A stretch of 64,000 nucleotides of DNA from Heteronotia binoei (taxonomy: Eukaryota), in assembly GCF_032191835.1 (NCBI RefSeq), contig NC_083237.1, positions 56,668,001 to 56,732,000 on the forward strand. Reading direction: 5' to 3'. Numbering within the stretch: the stretch's first letter is position 1; every line of letters begins with the position of its first letter. Positions 1 through 11,110 of the stretch are shown in pieces. Under the pieces are notes generated by a model that did not search any database, was not told where the DNA came from, and saw only the letters and a list, made by a program, of their open reading frames with translations. The position numbers were made by a program, and so were the translations under genes.

Positions 1-62
1 CCTCCCTCCCCCCTTCCTTCCCTCCCTCCTTCCTTCCTTCCTTCCCTCCCTCCCTTCTTCCT
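1..62. repeat. (CCTT/CCCT)n pyrimidine microsatellite
   Basis: Directly visible CCTT/CCCT tetramer run at the window start. Confidence 0.95.
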
Positions 63-1052
63 TCGTTGTGGGGCCCAGGGGGCCGGCGCAGCGGCCCGCT
101 GAAGCAGCCTGTCGGTCACTTCTGGGCTCCTGTCCTGTATCTCGACCTGTGTTATTAGTGACAGGCTGCTTCGGTGTGCCGCTGCGCCGGCCCCCTGGGT
201 CCCACAACGATGGGACCGATGCCACAGGGACGGGCTCGAAACACTCTATAACCCCTCAAAAGAACAGCAGTCTAGCTCGCTTCCCCCGAGCCCTGCCGCC
301 ATAAGCCTCAAGGGGGCTCATTTTGCGGCATCTCCCGGCGGGAGGGTGGCACCCGCACGGGACACATATCAAATGAAAGAGGGGGCGCAGGGCTATCAGA
401 AACAGCCGGCGGAGGGAGTCGGGAGACCACCCCACTGGGGGATCCACACCCCGAAAGTGATGAAGGTGGCGCAGATAGAGCCAACAGAGCCAACAGGACA
501 AAATAAATAGGCTGCATTATGCAGCACAGTCTCACTGGAATCTCACTGGTATCTGACTGGCTTCTCAGCGTGGAACCCGTTCTCTCTAGTCTACTCACTT
601 TGAAAAAAGTAAAAAAAGAGTTTTATTTAACTTTATTTCCCCCTTTCCCTCTCTATAAATAATCTTGGTGTTTCCGGCGGTGATATTTGGGGGATTTTTG
701 GGGACGTCACAGGAAGTGCTGTGAAGTCACTTCCTGTTTCCGGCAGTGGCATTTGGGGGAAATGATGTCATTTGGGGAAAATGATGTCACAGGAAGTGAT
801 GTCACTTCCTGCTTCCGGCAGGTGGCGCGGGGGAAAATGATGTCACAGGAAGTGATGTCACTTCCTGCTTTCGGCAGGTGGCGCGGGGAAAATTATGTCA
901 CAGGAAGTGATGTCACTTCCTGTTTCCGGCGGTGGCATGACATCACCAGAAGTGCAGTCGCCGGAAATGACATCACTTCCTGTTTCCGGCACACACATTC
1001 CTTCCCCCCTCAAGGTGTCCCTGGCTGGCCTGCAGAAATTATGGCCACTCTA
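63..1052. mobile_element. GC-rich non-autonomous DNA-transposon-like element, left end outside the window; carries a 51-bp hairpin and an ETS-palindrome array
   Basis: Composition changes abruptly from GC/CpG-rich to AT-rich after TGGCCACTCTA (1042-1052). That sequence resembles the TGGCAACCCTA terminal repeat of the hAT MITEs elsewhere in the window. Internal subterminal repeats lie at 704-995. A TSD cannot be checked. Confidence 0.5.
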
Positions 1053-1857
1053 AAGCCAAGCATCCTTCTGCTATGGAAGCAGCTATTTATGAATGGGTGT
1101 TGTCTGCAGACCCAGTGTTGGCCTCCTGAACTCTGCTGAAGTACATACTATTCCAATGAGAAAGGAATGCCATGACTGGTGTAGGGTTAAAATACCTTAA
1201 ATGAATCTATTCTGTAGGGTTGATCATAAAATGACTCACATAGAAAAATATTTTTTCAGACTTTGAGTTTACTTATAAAACAAGCCGAAACCATCTTTAG
1301 CCCGAACAATGTAGATTGAAATCCTATGAACCACACAGCTCATCGTTCCTCTCCTGCTGCTGATGTGCATATTTAGAAAAACAAAAAGGCAGTTCTAAAT
1401 GCACTTGGGTCAAGTTTCTGAATCAGCTATGCAGAAAGGCTGATTTATAGTCACATTAATGCACTTTTCAATATTTTTGAGATTTTGGCCATAGCTTTGT
1501 AACATGGTTCTTAAAAAGAACAGAAGTATGTAAGGTAAAATAGAGACAAATATAATTAAAAACGAGAACAGAGTAAATATGAGCAGATAATATGCAAGAA
1601 TGTGTTAGGAAGCAGTACATTTATAAAAAGGAAATTAAGTACTCAATTCTGTCCTAAAGAAGCTACAATACTGTAATGAAAGGTTGGATCCATTATGCTC
1701 CACCTATTTTCCACCTAGACATACAAAACACCCAGAGGGACAAACCCAGATGTACATATTAGGATTAGCTATTAATTACTATAATTAACTAATGATGGAC
1801 TAGCAAGTTGGCACAAAAATACCATACATTTAGGAGTGTGATGCAATTGCCACATTG

Positions 1858-1867
1858 TATATAAAAA
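1858..1867 (+). promoter_or_regulatory. TATA box of keratin gene 1
   Basis: TATATAAAAA about 115 nt upstream of the ATG at 1979. Confidence 0.75.
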
Positions 1868-1978
1868 GGTAAAAATTGTCTTCCAAAGATAGCGTCTCCT
1901 TAAGCTGTTCCAAGGATAGCTTCTACTTAAGCTGCATTGCTGTGCAGGGAAGGTCCTCTGGATATTATACCACCAAAA

Positions 1979-4900
1979 ATGAGTTTCTTTAGTCACTCTT
2001 CCAAACAAGGCTCTAGCTCCTGCAGCAACAGAGGACTGGTGAGAACATCAGGCAGCGGAACATGCAGCTTAAGTGGTAGTTCTGGTGGAAGGGTCTTTGG
2101 TGGAAGTTCCAGCAGTGGCGGTGGTGGTGCACGGGGCTCTGGTGGAAGCATGTGCAACGTCAATAAGGCATCTGGGGGTCAAGGGAGATGGAATTCTAGT
2201 GGCACAGCGTGCAATGCTGCTGGGTCCTGGGGGTCGAGTCCTGTATGGGGTGTGTCTGGATGTGGTGCAACTGGAGGCTTTAATGGATTTGGCGGTGGAG
2301 AGAGTGGCTTGCTTTCTGGTGATGAAAAGCAAACCATGCAAAACCTCAATGACCGCTTGGCAGCCTACTTGGGCAAAGTCCACGCCCTAGAGGAAGCTAA
2401 CACTGACCTTGAGGAGAAAATCGCAAAGTGGTACAAGAAGCGGGGAGAAGGAACCAGTGATGGAGGGTCACGTGATTATAGTAAATATTATACCGTCATT
2501 GAGGACATTCGGAAACAGGTATGGAAACACTTCTAAAATGATTTTATGACTTATTCTGCTTAACTTTTTGACCAGGTATTCTCAGAATGATTGAATTATA
2601 AAATCTAGTGAGTTAAATGGAAACCCAGAGCTATTAATAATTAGTATATTTATTGCAAGTGTCTGATCTGGCCTGAGATTATGAGAGTAATCCTAAACAG
2701 GAGAGTCTCACTCAATCCTATTAAATGGGGCATACCCCCAGAAAGAGTTCTTAGAATGGCACTGCACAACATACATAGAATACAGACCACATACAACCAT
2801 TTACAACTGACATTTTAGATTTATCATTTTAGTTTGCTTTTCCATAATTTGGGGGCAGTGAAGAGGGAAAGGAAATGTACAGGTTAACTTTATCAGGTTT
2901 TCACAATGGTTCTTGAGTCATAAGAAATGATGTCATTTAACAGTACATGTCTTAAGATTTCCTGTATAACTATTATATTAACTAGAGGTATGATAAAATA
3001 TCAAGAATCTTATTTACCATTTTTGCTTTTTCAGATAATTGCTGCAGTTACAGACAATGGAAAAGTCATTTTGCAAATCGACAATGCAAGACTGGCTGGT
3101 GCTGACTTTCAACTCAAGTGAGCAGGATGCAATGAATTATACATCCATGGGTTTAACAAGACAAATGGCATAACATGCCTTGTGAACCAAGGGCTTTGCA
3201 TATTAGTACCGAAGCCAAAATAAGTCATAGATAGGGATGGGTGCAAATTGGAAAAATGGTGATTCATGGCTTGTAAGAAACCACAAACCATGGTTTGTGA
3301 ACCTCCACAAATGTTTTGGTTTGGCGAACCAGTTTGTGGTTTGTTAGGTTCATTATTCAGTATCCAAAAAGTGCTTCTGGGCACCCTTTCCAATAACCAG
3401 GAGTTTGCTTCCTGACCCCTCCACCCGTCACTGCCACCACAAGCAAGTCCTCCTTTCACCTTCTCCCCCCTGCAAAAGCATCTTCCCGGGGTGCTAGAAA
3501 TCCCATTCTTTCAATGCTCGCATCTCCTTGCCTTTTTCTATCACTTCCAAGGGTTGGCCAGTCAGTACAACCCCCGCAACCACCATGAAATCCATTATAC
3601 CCCCTTTTCCTTTTTGACAGTTTCCTTCTCCTGTGTTAAATGCCTGTCCCCCCTGCAGAAGCTGTCATGACTTTCACAAATGGCAAAAAAATGCTTGTAA
3701 ATTCAGGGCTTTGCATATTGGTACCAAAGTCAAAATAAGTCATAGATATGACATAGATAGGCATGAACCAGGAACTGCCTTCTGAGCTCATTTAAATGCC
3801 TTCTAAGCTCACTGAAGAGGCCTACCCTTGCTTTGGATACCAGCATGTCTGGCCCACGAACCTGAACTGAATAAACCAAAACCCAAGCCAGTTCATGGGC
3901 AGTTCACAAACAATGCAATTGCCTGAATTGCAGTTCACGATCCAACAAACTGGCCTGGTTGGTCATGAAATTCAGTTTTTAATTGGGTTCATGCTTATCC
4001 CTAGTAACAGACACCAAACCAATCCAGTTCTAAATTGATGCAAAATTAACTATCATCTATTTCGAATAAATGTCTAGGTGGTGCCAGCAATGCACTGGAA
4101 CAAATGATCTTTGACCCATATGTACATATCATACACTGAGAGGTTAGGCATGCTGAAAAGCACCCTTTATAGTAGTAGGACGTCCTACAAGATCTGACAA
4201 GCGAGTGAATGGATAACTAATGATATTACTAAACAAAACCAACAAATCGCCAACAAAAAAGGGTTTTTTCCCCCCCTCTCTCAGTTCAGATGGGCCTCAT
4301 CATGTATCTGCTGACAATTCTTTTCAAACGTTTTTCTTTAGGTATGACAATGAAGTGTCCCTCCGCCAGAGTGTGGAAGCTGACATTAATGGCCTGCGTA
4401 GGGTCCTTGATGAAATGACTATGAGCAGGAGTGATCTTGAAATGCAGATTGAAAACCTGACTGAGGAGCTGCAATATATTAAGAAGGCTCACGAGGAGGT
4501 AAACATGTTTTTAACTGAATCCAAATATATGTTGTACCAATAGCAGGTGCAACTCACTAGCAAAACTATCAACAAAGTCAGTGGACTGCTGGATTGCATT
4601 TCCCTCATAGATAGATGCTCTAGCTCTGTTGGGCAAATCCAAGGTACCAAAGCACCTAGAAATTTTATTGTGGTGCTTAGTATTTTCATCAGTTGTTTCA
4701 GAGTAGAATCTCACGGGGATCAATGCTCCCTCTAAGCTGTGGAGTCTTGCGAGCAAAAATTCTAGTTCATGAGCTACTGGCATTAAAGTTGTGAGAGAAT
4801 GATTTGGCTACCACCAGTGATCCTTAGAAATACAAAGTTCATTTAGTGTTTCACATCAGAATGTTTTGCTGTATGACACAGAAATTAATTTGAGTAATGT

Positions 4901-7900
4901 TCTTGTCACTGCTTGTTTATGTTAACTTTATACCATTCAGCAGTCATAGATACATTCATTTTTAATCAGTTGCTTTCTATACTAGCTCCAACATTGAATT
5001 ACGTGGAGCTTTTAACAGCAATGATAATTTCTACAGCAATCCAACCTCAGATCCATTTTGGACCCTTTGAGATGCCTCTGGAGTACAGGCCGATCTGATC
5101 ACCAGGAACACACCAGGGCCTAGCTAGCAGTCTCATGAGCCTTCAACGAGTCCAGTTTCCAAAATGGGGATGGACCTGTTTATGTGCATTAATTCTTTGC
5201 ATAAACCATATTAAAATCACCATGTAATCTCAAGTCACAGTACTACAATTGACAAGAAGAGACTATTAATATAAGGAACAAGAGTTTCTGTTTTGTTTTG
5301 AATGTCAAATTATCTAGCAAGCTCAAAGTTATACACGAAAAGTTTACACTAAATAATTCAGCAGCAGCTATACTCAGCAAACAAAATATTCTGCTCTATC
5401 AAAGTGCTTAACTCAAGAAAATCTGGTCTTGGAAAAAAAGAGTAGTCTAGAAATAATCATCTGCGCTAGCCCTATTTTTGTTTTGCTTTTTTAAAAAAAT
5501 ACAATCTAAATCCATGCTTTTTGCACAAGTTTTAAAAGAAATCCTGTATTGATACAGGATATGAATTCTGCAGTGGATGATACTGCTGGAGATATAGATG
5601 TAAAGATGAATGCTGCACCTGGAGTTGACCTGACTGCTCTTCTCAACAAGATGAGAGCTGGATATGAGGCCATTGCTGAGGAGAACCGAAAAGACATTGA
5701 AATGTGGTTCAACGAACAGGTGAAATAAATAATAAACAATGTACTTCCTAAGGGTCTTTTCTAAGCAAAAACATTTCTTTAATTAAATTAATTTGGAACT
5801 TTCTTTAATTCTTTAATTTGGAACTCCCTCCCCCACCCCCGCCACAGAGTCAAGAACTGAACAGGCAGATCAGCAGCAGTGTTGAAGAGACCAGCACAAA
5901 CAAGAGTGAGATTACAGAACTGAGGCGCAGTCTGCAAAACCTAGAGATTGAATGGCAATCACAGCTGTCTCTGGTATGGAGAATTTTTAAAAAGTAATAC
6001 TTCCGCTTATTAGTTTACCAAGCTTCTAACACTCCCTTAAGTTTAAGACCAGAATAAAGAGAAGTAGAAAAAGGAGGAAAAAGTGGTTCCAGTCAAAGCA
6101 ATGAAGTGCTGTAGTGGTCAAACATTAAGCTGCTTCTCTCACATGCCAATTAGATTTACAAGAGTAAATTATCCTTTAGAGTAGACAGAGAATTGGGTGA
6201 CAGTAGATATGATGCTGCATTGTATTAGAAATTGTAGCTGGGGGAGCAGGGGTCTTCATTCTGCCGGTATCAGCTTTCAACTCTAGAGGCAGGACATGCA
6301 CCTGAGATACTGGGCGTTGGGGATTGGCATGGTGGCTCAGCGGTGGAGCATCTGCTTGGTAAGTAGAAGATCCCAGGTTCAATCCCTGGCATCTCCAACT
6401 ACAAAGGGTCCAGACAAATAGGCGTGAAAAACCTCAGCTTGAGACCCTGGAGAGCCGCTGCCAGCCTGAGTAGACAATACTGACTTTGATGGACCAAGGG
6501 TCTGATTCAGTAGAAGGCAGCTTAATATGTTCAACACAGGGGCTCTTCCACTGAGCCTCAGCACCTGCTTATAGGAGGGAAAGTGCTGGTGTGGCTGTGG
6601 GGCTCTTCAGGATCCAAACCCAGATTTTCAAATCAAGGATGCTATAATTTGCCACAATACTGTTCAACAGAGGACAATTGCTGCTTCGTCCAAATGTGAT
6701 GCTTGCATTTTGGAAAAATGAGCATACTAAATTGCTGTAGAAAAACATAATAAAAATCTTGTCTTCAAGCTGCCTTGAACCACAAGGTGGGATATGTTTT
6801 ACTAAATAAATAAAATTAAAAATCTAAACATAATCCACATGAGGTCATGATTTCTACAAGTAAATCTGTCCTACTGGGTACAGAAAAGTACTTTGGAAAA
6901 ATGAAAAATTTCCAATTTAGATTAGCACTTAATGCACTCCAAGTCTCTCAATCTGATGTCCCATGCCTATGGGCAGCACAACATAATACATGCAGAATTC
7001 ACTTCTATTGCAGTTGTGTGCGATTATGTTAAGAATGCTGCAACACTCATCCATACAGTGAAAGCACTCATGTAGCTGAAATGTTGGAAAATTTCAAGAT
7101 ATTCCAACATTTCTAATGCTGCAATTTTAATTAGAATAATGACTTCATAATTTAAGGTTAGTTACATGTGATTTAAACTGATCTCTTGGTGGCTTGATAT
7201 TTGATAGGTATAATATTTTGATCTGTAAGTTGATTATTTATAGTTTGCCTTTCTCTTTGAGACTCAAGGCGGATTACATAGTGTAATCAAATATCAAATA
7301 CCTAGAGTTGCCAAACTTACTAAACTGCCAAATACTAAATAACACTGCATTACAGCTATCAAAAATGATCAAACACCAAATATGAAATTAAAATATTACA
7401 TGAAATAACAAAGACCAACTGGATACTGAATGCTATAACTAAATACAAAGTATTTGCAGAATACATTAATATTGAACAGATATTTAACAACCATTCAACA
7501 TCAAAATTTACAAGAGGAAGATTTTGAGGGAAATGTTTGAGGGCATATTTGTTTCAGATTCCCAATCAAATTTTTACTCAAATATCCCAATATTGTATTT
7601 TCTTATTATTATTTATATTTATTATGTTATTCTATTTTCTTCTTACATCAGAAACAATCTCTTGAGGCCTCTTTAGCAGAGGTCGAAGGTCAATACTGTA
7701 CCCAGCTTTCTCAAATGCAAGGAGCAATAAGCAATGTGGAAGGTCAAGTGCAGCAAATCAGAGATGATATGGAGAGCCAGAACAGAGAATATCAGCAGCT
7801 CCTAGACATCAAGATCCGCCTAGAGAGTGAGATCGAAACTTACCGCAGCCTGATGGATGGCGAAGAGAGGTGAATTAACCATGATGGGCAGAATTCTTTC

Positions 7901-10400
7901 TTTCATGTATATATCTAAATTGGGGTCCCCAATGTGTCATTCAAGGGTGTCATGGTAACCCGCCAACATCTTTCCTGGCACCTACCAAGTGCTTTTAGAA
8001 AGCAAGCAGACCAAGGCGGGGCTTTTGCACAGGAGGAATTCTGACTGGTCACTGGAGAACTGACTGGTGGTGCAGCTTTTTAAGAAGCTGCTGTAGCAAC
8101 AGCTGCCACCATAGCACAAGGACCCAAAATTACATTATTGTGAAGCTATGCTAGAAAAATATTATTTAACTAATGTGTTATTTTTGAAAGGAATCCATTT
8201 AATCACAGTTACTGCCTGAAATGCTGGAAGAGCTACTACAACAGTTATGCATGACCTCACTCCCTGATGTTTTGTGGTTGGCTCTGCCTCTTGTGGCAGC
8301 CATTTTATATTTGTGCCCATCATCTTGTGTCAGAATTCCAAAGATGCCCTCAGGCATCTGATCTAGATCTTTCTTTGTCTATGTGATCATCATACATGCA
8401 TGCTTTCCTCTTTGCTTTCTCATCAATTAATGCTTAACACCAGATGACAGTGGGAACTGCCTCTATCTTGCAATGTTTCTGCCCCCAGGGACTGATCAGG
8501 GCAATGCCTGTCTTCCCATTTGTATATGTATTGTTTATAATAAAAGGATTTTCAGAATATCTTCGGGTTCATAATGTAGGACAAAACACAAATGCAATAT
8601 TGTAGAACTGCAACTGTACTTTTGTTCAAAAAACTGAAAAAGATGAAATTTTAAAAGCTTTTCCTGTGCAAAACATCCAGTCATGACCCTCCATGGATTT
8701 TCTGAATTCCGGCAGCCCTAATTATACCATATATTTTATCTTCAAATATTATCGAAATTTTATCCTTTTATCAAGTATAATTTAAATCTCATTTTGCAGC
8801 CATGAAGAGGACTTTGCCAGTGTTTGTACTTTACAGTAGAAGCCTGTGCTCTTTTTATCCTGTCTCTTGCTAAACAAACAAAACTAACTACCACCACCAC
8901 CCCCGCCATGTTTCTGTTTTTACAGTGATTTTGGATCTGGAAGTACTACTGCATCTAGTGCGTCAGGAATACGAAATGTGGGAAACTTCACACAAGTTAG
9001 ATCTAGAGAACCAGAATCAACAAATTTGAGATCTAGAGACCAATCATCTTCCAACTTTGGATCTAGCACATCAGGATCTGAAGATTCAAGATTCAGGGCT
9101 TTGGGAGCTACAGATGGAAGATCCAGAGGTTTGGGTTCTTCTCAGTCTCCATCTAGAAATTTTGGATCGGCAGATTCAAGGTCTAGAAAACAAGAATCTG
9201 CCACCACTCAGGCCCAGGTCTCCAGACATGGAGAGTCAGGATCTAGGATTTCAGGATCTGCAAGCTCAAGATCAAGTTTTGAAAGTTCTGATGACTCAGG
9301 ATCAAGAAGTGGGAGCACTACCAGAGGTAATCACTTTTGTTCTTTTAGATCTGTACATTTTTAATTTCCATATTTGTAGAAACAATTTTCCTTTGTTACA
9401 TTAAGGATAAAAAAAAGTTATAATAGAGTCTCGATTAACCTCACAAAATAAGATAATTGCCAGGGGAAGAGGGGAAAAAATTTAAGTAACATAACAACAT
9501 GAAACTATGCTTCACTGCACATGAGCAGCTGAGTATGAGATCGGACACAATGATCCTTATGCTGGCAAAGGGGAATGCTCTTCTTAAGCTGGCATCATAG
9601 ATCTAATCATAGCCCATGTACAGAGAGACATCACTACAGTACAGTCCTCCAGACAACAGTGCAGCTGCACTATCCAAAAGGTTCTGAGGGGTACAGAGGG
9701 GACAGGAAGGGCCAGAGGTGTGCTACCCATGACAACTTATAGCTCATCTTAAAAGTCTTATTAATGGAATCATTCAGTGCAGAAATGAATGTTTGGAGAT
9801 GGATGGTTTGGATTGTACCTAGTGACCTTGTCCTCAAACTGTGCAAATATAGACTGATTCCCCACTTGTTCTGGCTTCAAAGCTCTTTTACCCCCAACAC
9901 TTCTGTCCAGTTTTGCACAAGCTGCTGCAGGGCTGTGACTTGCTGCGCCTCTTTCCCATGGCAAGCAAGATCCTCTGAAAACCAGTTTCTGCTTGCCGCA
10001 AGAAAGAAGCGTAACAAGTTGCAGCCCCATGGCAGCTTGTGCAAAATTGGAGGGAAGCGTCATTGGGGAAAGAACTCTGACACCGGAACAAGCCTAGTGG
10101 GGAATTAATTGGTCTTAGTTTCTCTTTTACAAACCTATAAGATTCTCTGCAAAAAGGAACAAGTGATTAAATGATTCTCAGGTGTAACATCTTTTTACTT
10201 ACACGACTTACTAGTGTTATACTTAAACAACAGGTTAATGCATTTAAAATAATTCCTGTTCTCCTCTATCTTCTCTAAAACGTGTCTGTTACACAGATCA
10301 ACAAAAAACAAGAGTGATCAAGACAATCGTGGAAGACAGAATTGGTGACCAAGTTATCTCCACTCGTGTCCAATCTGTAGAAGAAAAACCAATAAAATAA
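1979..10400 (+). CDS. Type I keratin, KRT10-like paralog 1 (8 exons, 596 aa) with a long Ser/Arg/Gly-rich tail
   Basis: Exons 1979-2518, 3035-3117, 4342-4498, 5558-5719, 5848-5973, 7652-7869, 8926-9326, 10297-10400. All introns are GT-AG and the joined 1791 nt are in frame with no internal stop. Motifs: [13 protein letters not shown] (helix initiation), [20 protein letters not shown] (helix termination), tail [11 protein letters not shown]. Coil 2 ([19 protein letters not shown]) resembles KRT10. Confidence 0.95.
3232..4003. mobile_element. hAT-like MITE with TAGGGAT...ATCCCTA ends, in intron 2 of gene 1
   Basis: Terminal inverted repeats TAGGGATGG / TTATCCCTA; degenerate 8-bp TSD gtcataga / gtaacaga (6/8). 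Confidence 0.55.
6320..6532 (+). mobile_element. tRNA-derived SINE (Squam2-like)
   Basis: Box A (GGTGGCTCAGCGG), box B (GGTTCAATCCC), body GGAGAGCCGCTGCCAG and tail AAGGCAGCTT..TATGTTC; four more copies in the window. Confidence 0.85.
9851..10114. mobile_element. Palindromic (foldback) MITE-like element in intron 7 of gene 1
   Basis: Ends AGACTGATTCCCCACT / AGTGGGGAATTAATTGGTCT. Internal arms 9911-9955 and 10002-10046 are reverse complements at 36/45 positions. Confidence 0.7.
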
Positions 10401-10674
10401 GCCATCTCTTAAAAGTCTATAGGAAGACTTTTAAAATAAACTATAGCAAAAAGGTGAATTATACAAAAATGTACAATGGAATCCTAAACTGAACCAAGCC
10501 CATCAGCTTTAATGGATTTAGAGGGATGTGACTCTGTTTAGGACTCCACAGCTAAATTACGCAAAATATCTACCTAAACATTACAATCCTCTATTAGAGT
10601 TTTCTTTTTTTTCTGTACTTCTGCTGCTTCTATATAGAAACATTCTATGTTGATGTCATTTTATTGTATTCCAC

Positions 10675-10680
10675 AATAAA
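10675..10680 (+). terminator. Polyadenylation signal of gene 1
   Basis: AATAAA about 275 nt after the stop codon, followed by a T/GT-rich stretch. Confidence 0.65.
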
Positions 10681-10798
10681 CTTTTTTCCTACTGTGGCAA
10701 CTGAAATTAAGATATTTGGGTCATGATTCTTACAGGCAACTCAGTGTACACTCCTGACTTAGAAATCATTTATAATGGTTGTCCATATATTGCTGACA

Positions 10799-11043
10799 TA
10801 GGAATGCCAGCCTCCGGGTGGGATCTGAGAATCCCCAAGAATTATAGTTCATTTCCAGGCTAGGATATCAGTTCCCCTGTAGAAAACAGATGCTTTGGAA
10901 GGTGGACTTTAGCATTGTACTTCAATGAGGCCCTTGTCCTTCCCAGGCTCCATTCCCAAATCTCCAGAATGTTCCCAACCTGAAGCTCACAACCCTACCC
11001 CCACAATCCCCCGCCGGTGGCGAGGGAGGACCTGGCAAACCTA
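10799..11043. mobile_element. Short hAT MITE (TAGGGTTGCCA-type ends); related copies at about 14885-15101, 18662-18859, 22849-23280, 33317-33521, 50297-50920
   Basis: Ends TAGGAATGCCA / TGGCAAACCTA with a perfect 8-bp TSD tgctgaca (10791-10798 and 11044-11051). The copies share the internal sequence GATCAGTTCCCCTGGAGAAAATGGCTGCTTTGGAAGG. Confidence 0.8.
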
Positions 11044-11110
11044 TGCTGACATGTTTCACCAGCATCTGGCAGTCATCATTAAAACAATACAGTACAAGCA
11101 GAAATCTAGG

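Noticed and set aside
704-995. Regularly spaced palindromic repeats that superficially resemble a CRISPR array
   Set aside because: The spacers are themselves near-identical repeats, no cas genes are present, and the context is a eukaryotic transposon.
2318-2401. Recent gene conversion between genes 1 and 3
   Set aside because: 15 of 28 codons differ at silent sites, so any exchange cannot be recent; kept only as a protein-level observation.
6320-6400. tRNA genes and 5S rRNA genes
   Set aside because: All tRNA-like and 5S-like segments continue into SINE bodies and tails and lack a complete cloverleaf or the 5S 3' end with terminator.
9057-9404. 115-aa alternative-frame ORF overlapping exon 7 of gene 1
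   Set aside because: It arises from the GATC-rich low-complexity repeat; the splice phases of exons 6, 7 and 8 fix the other frame.
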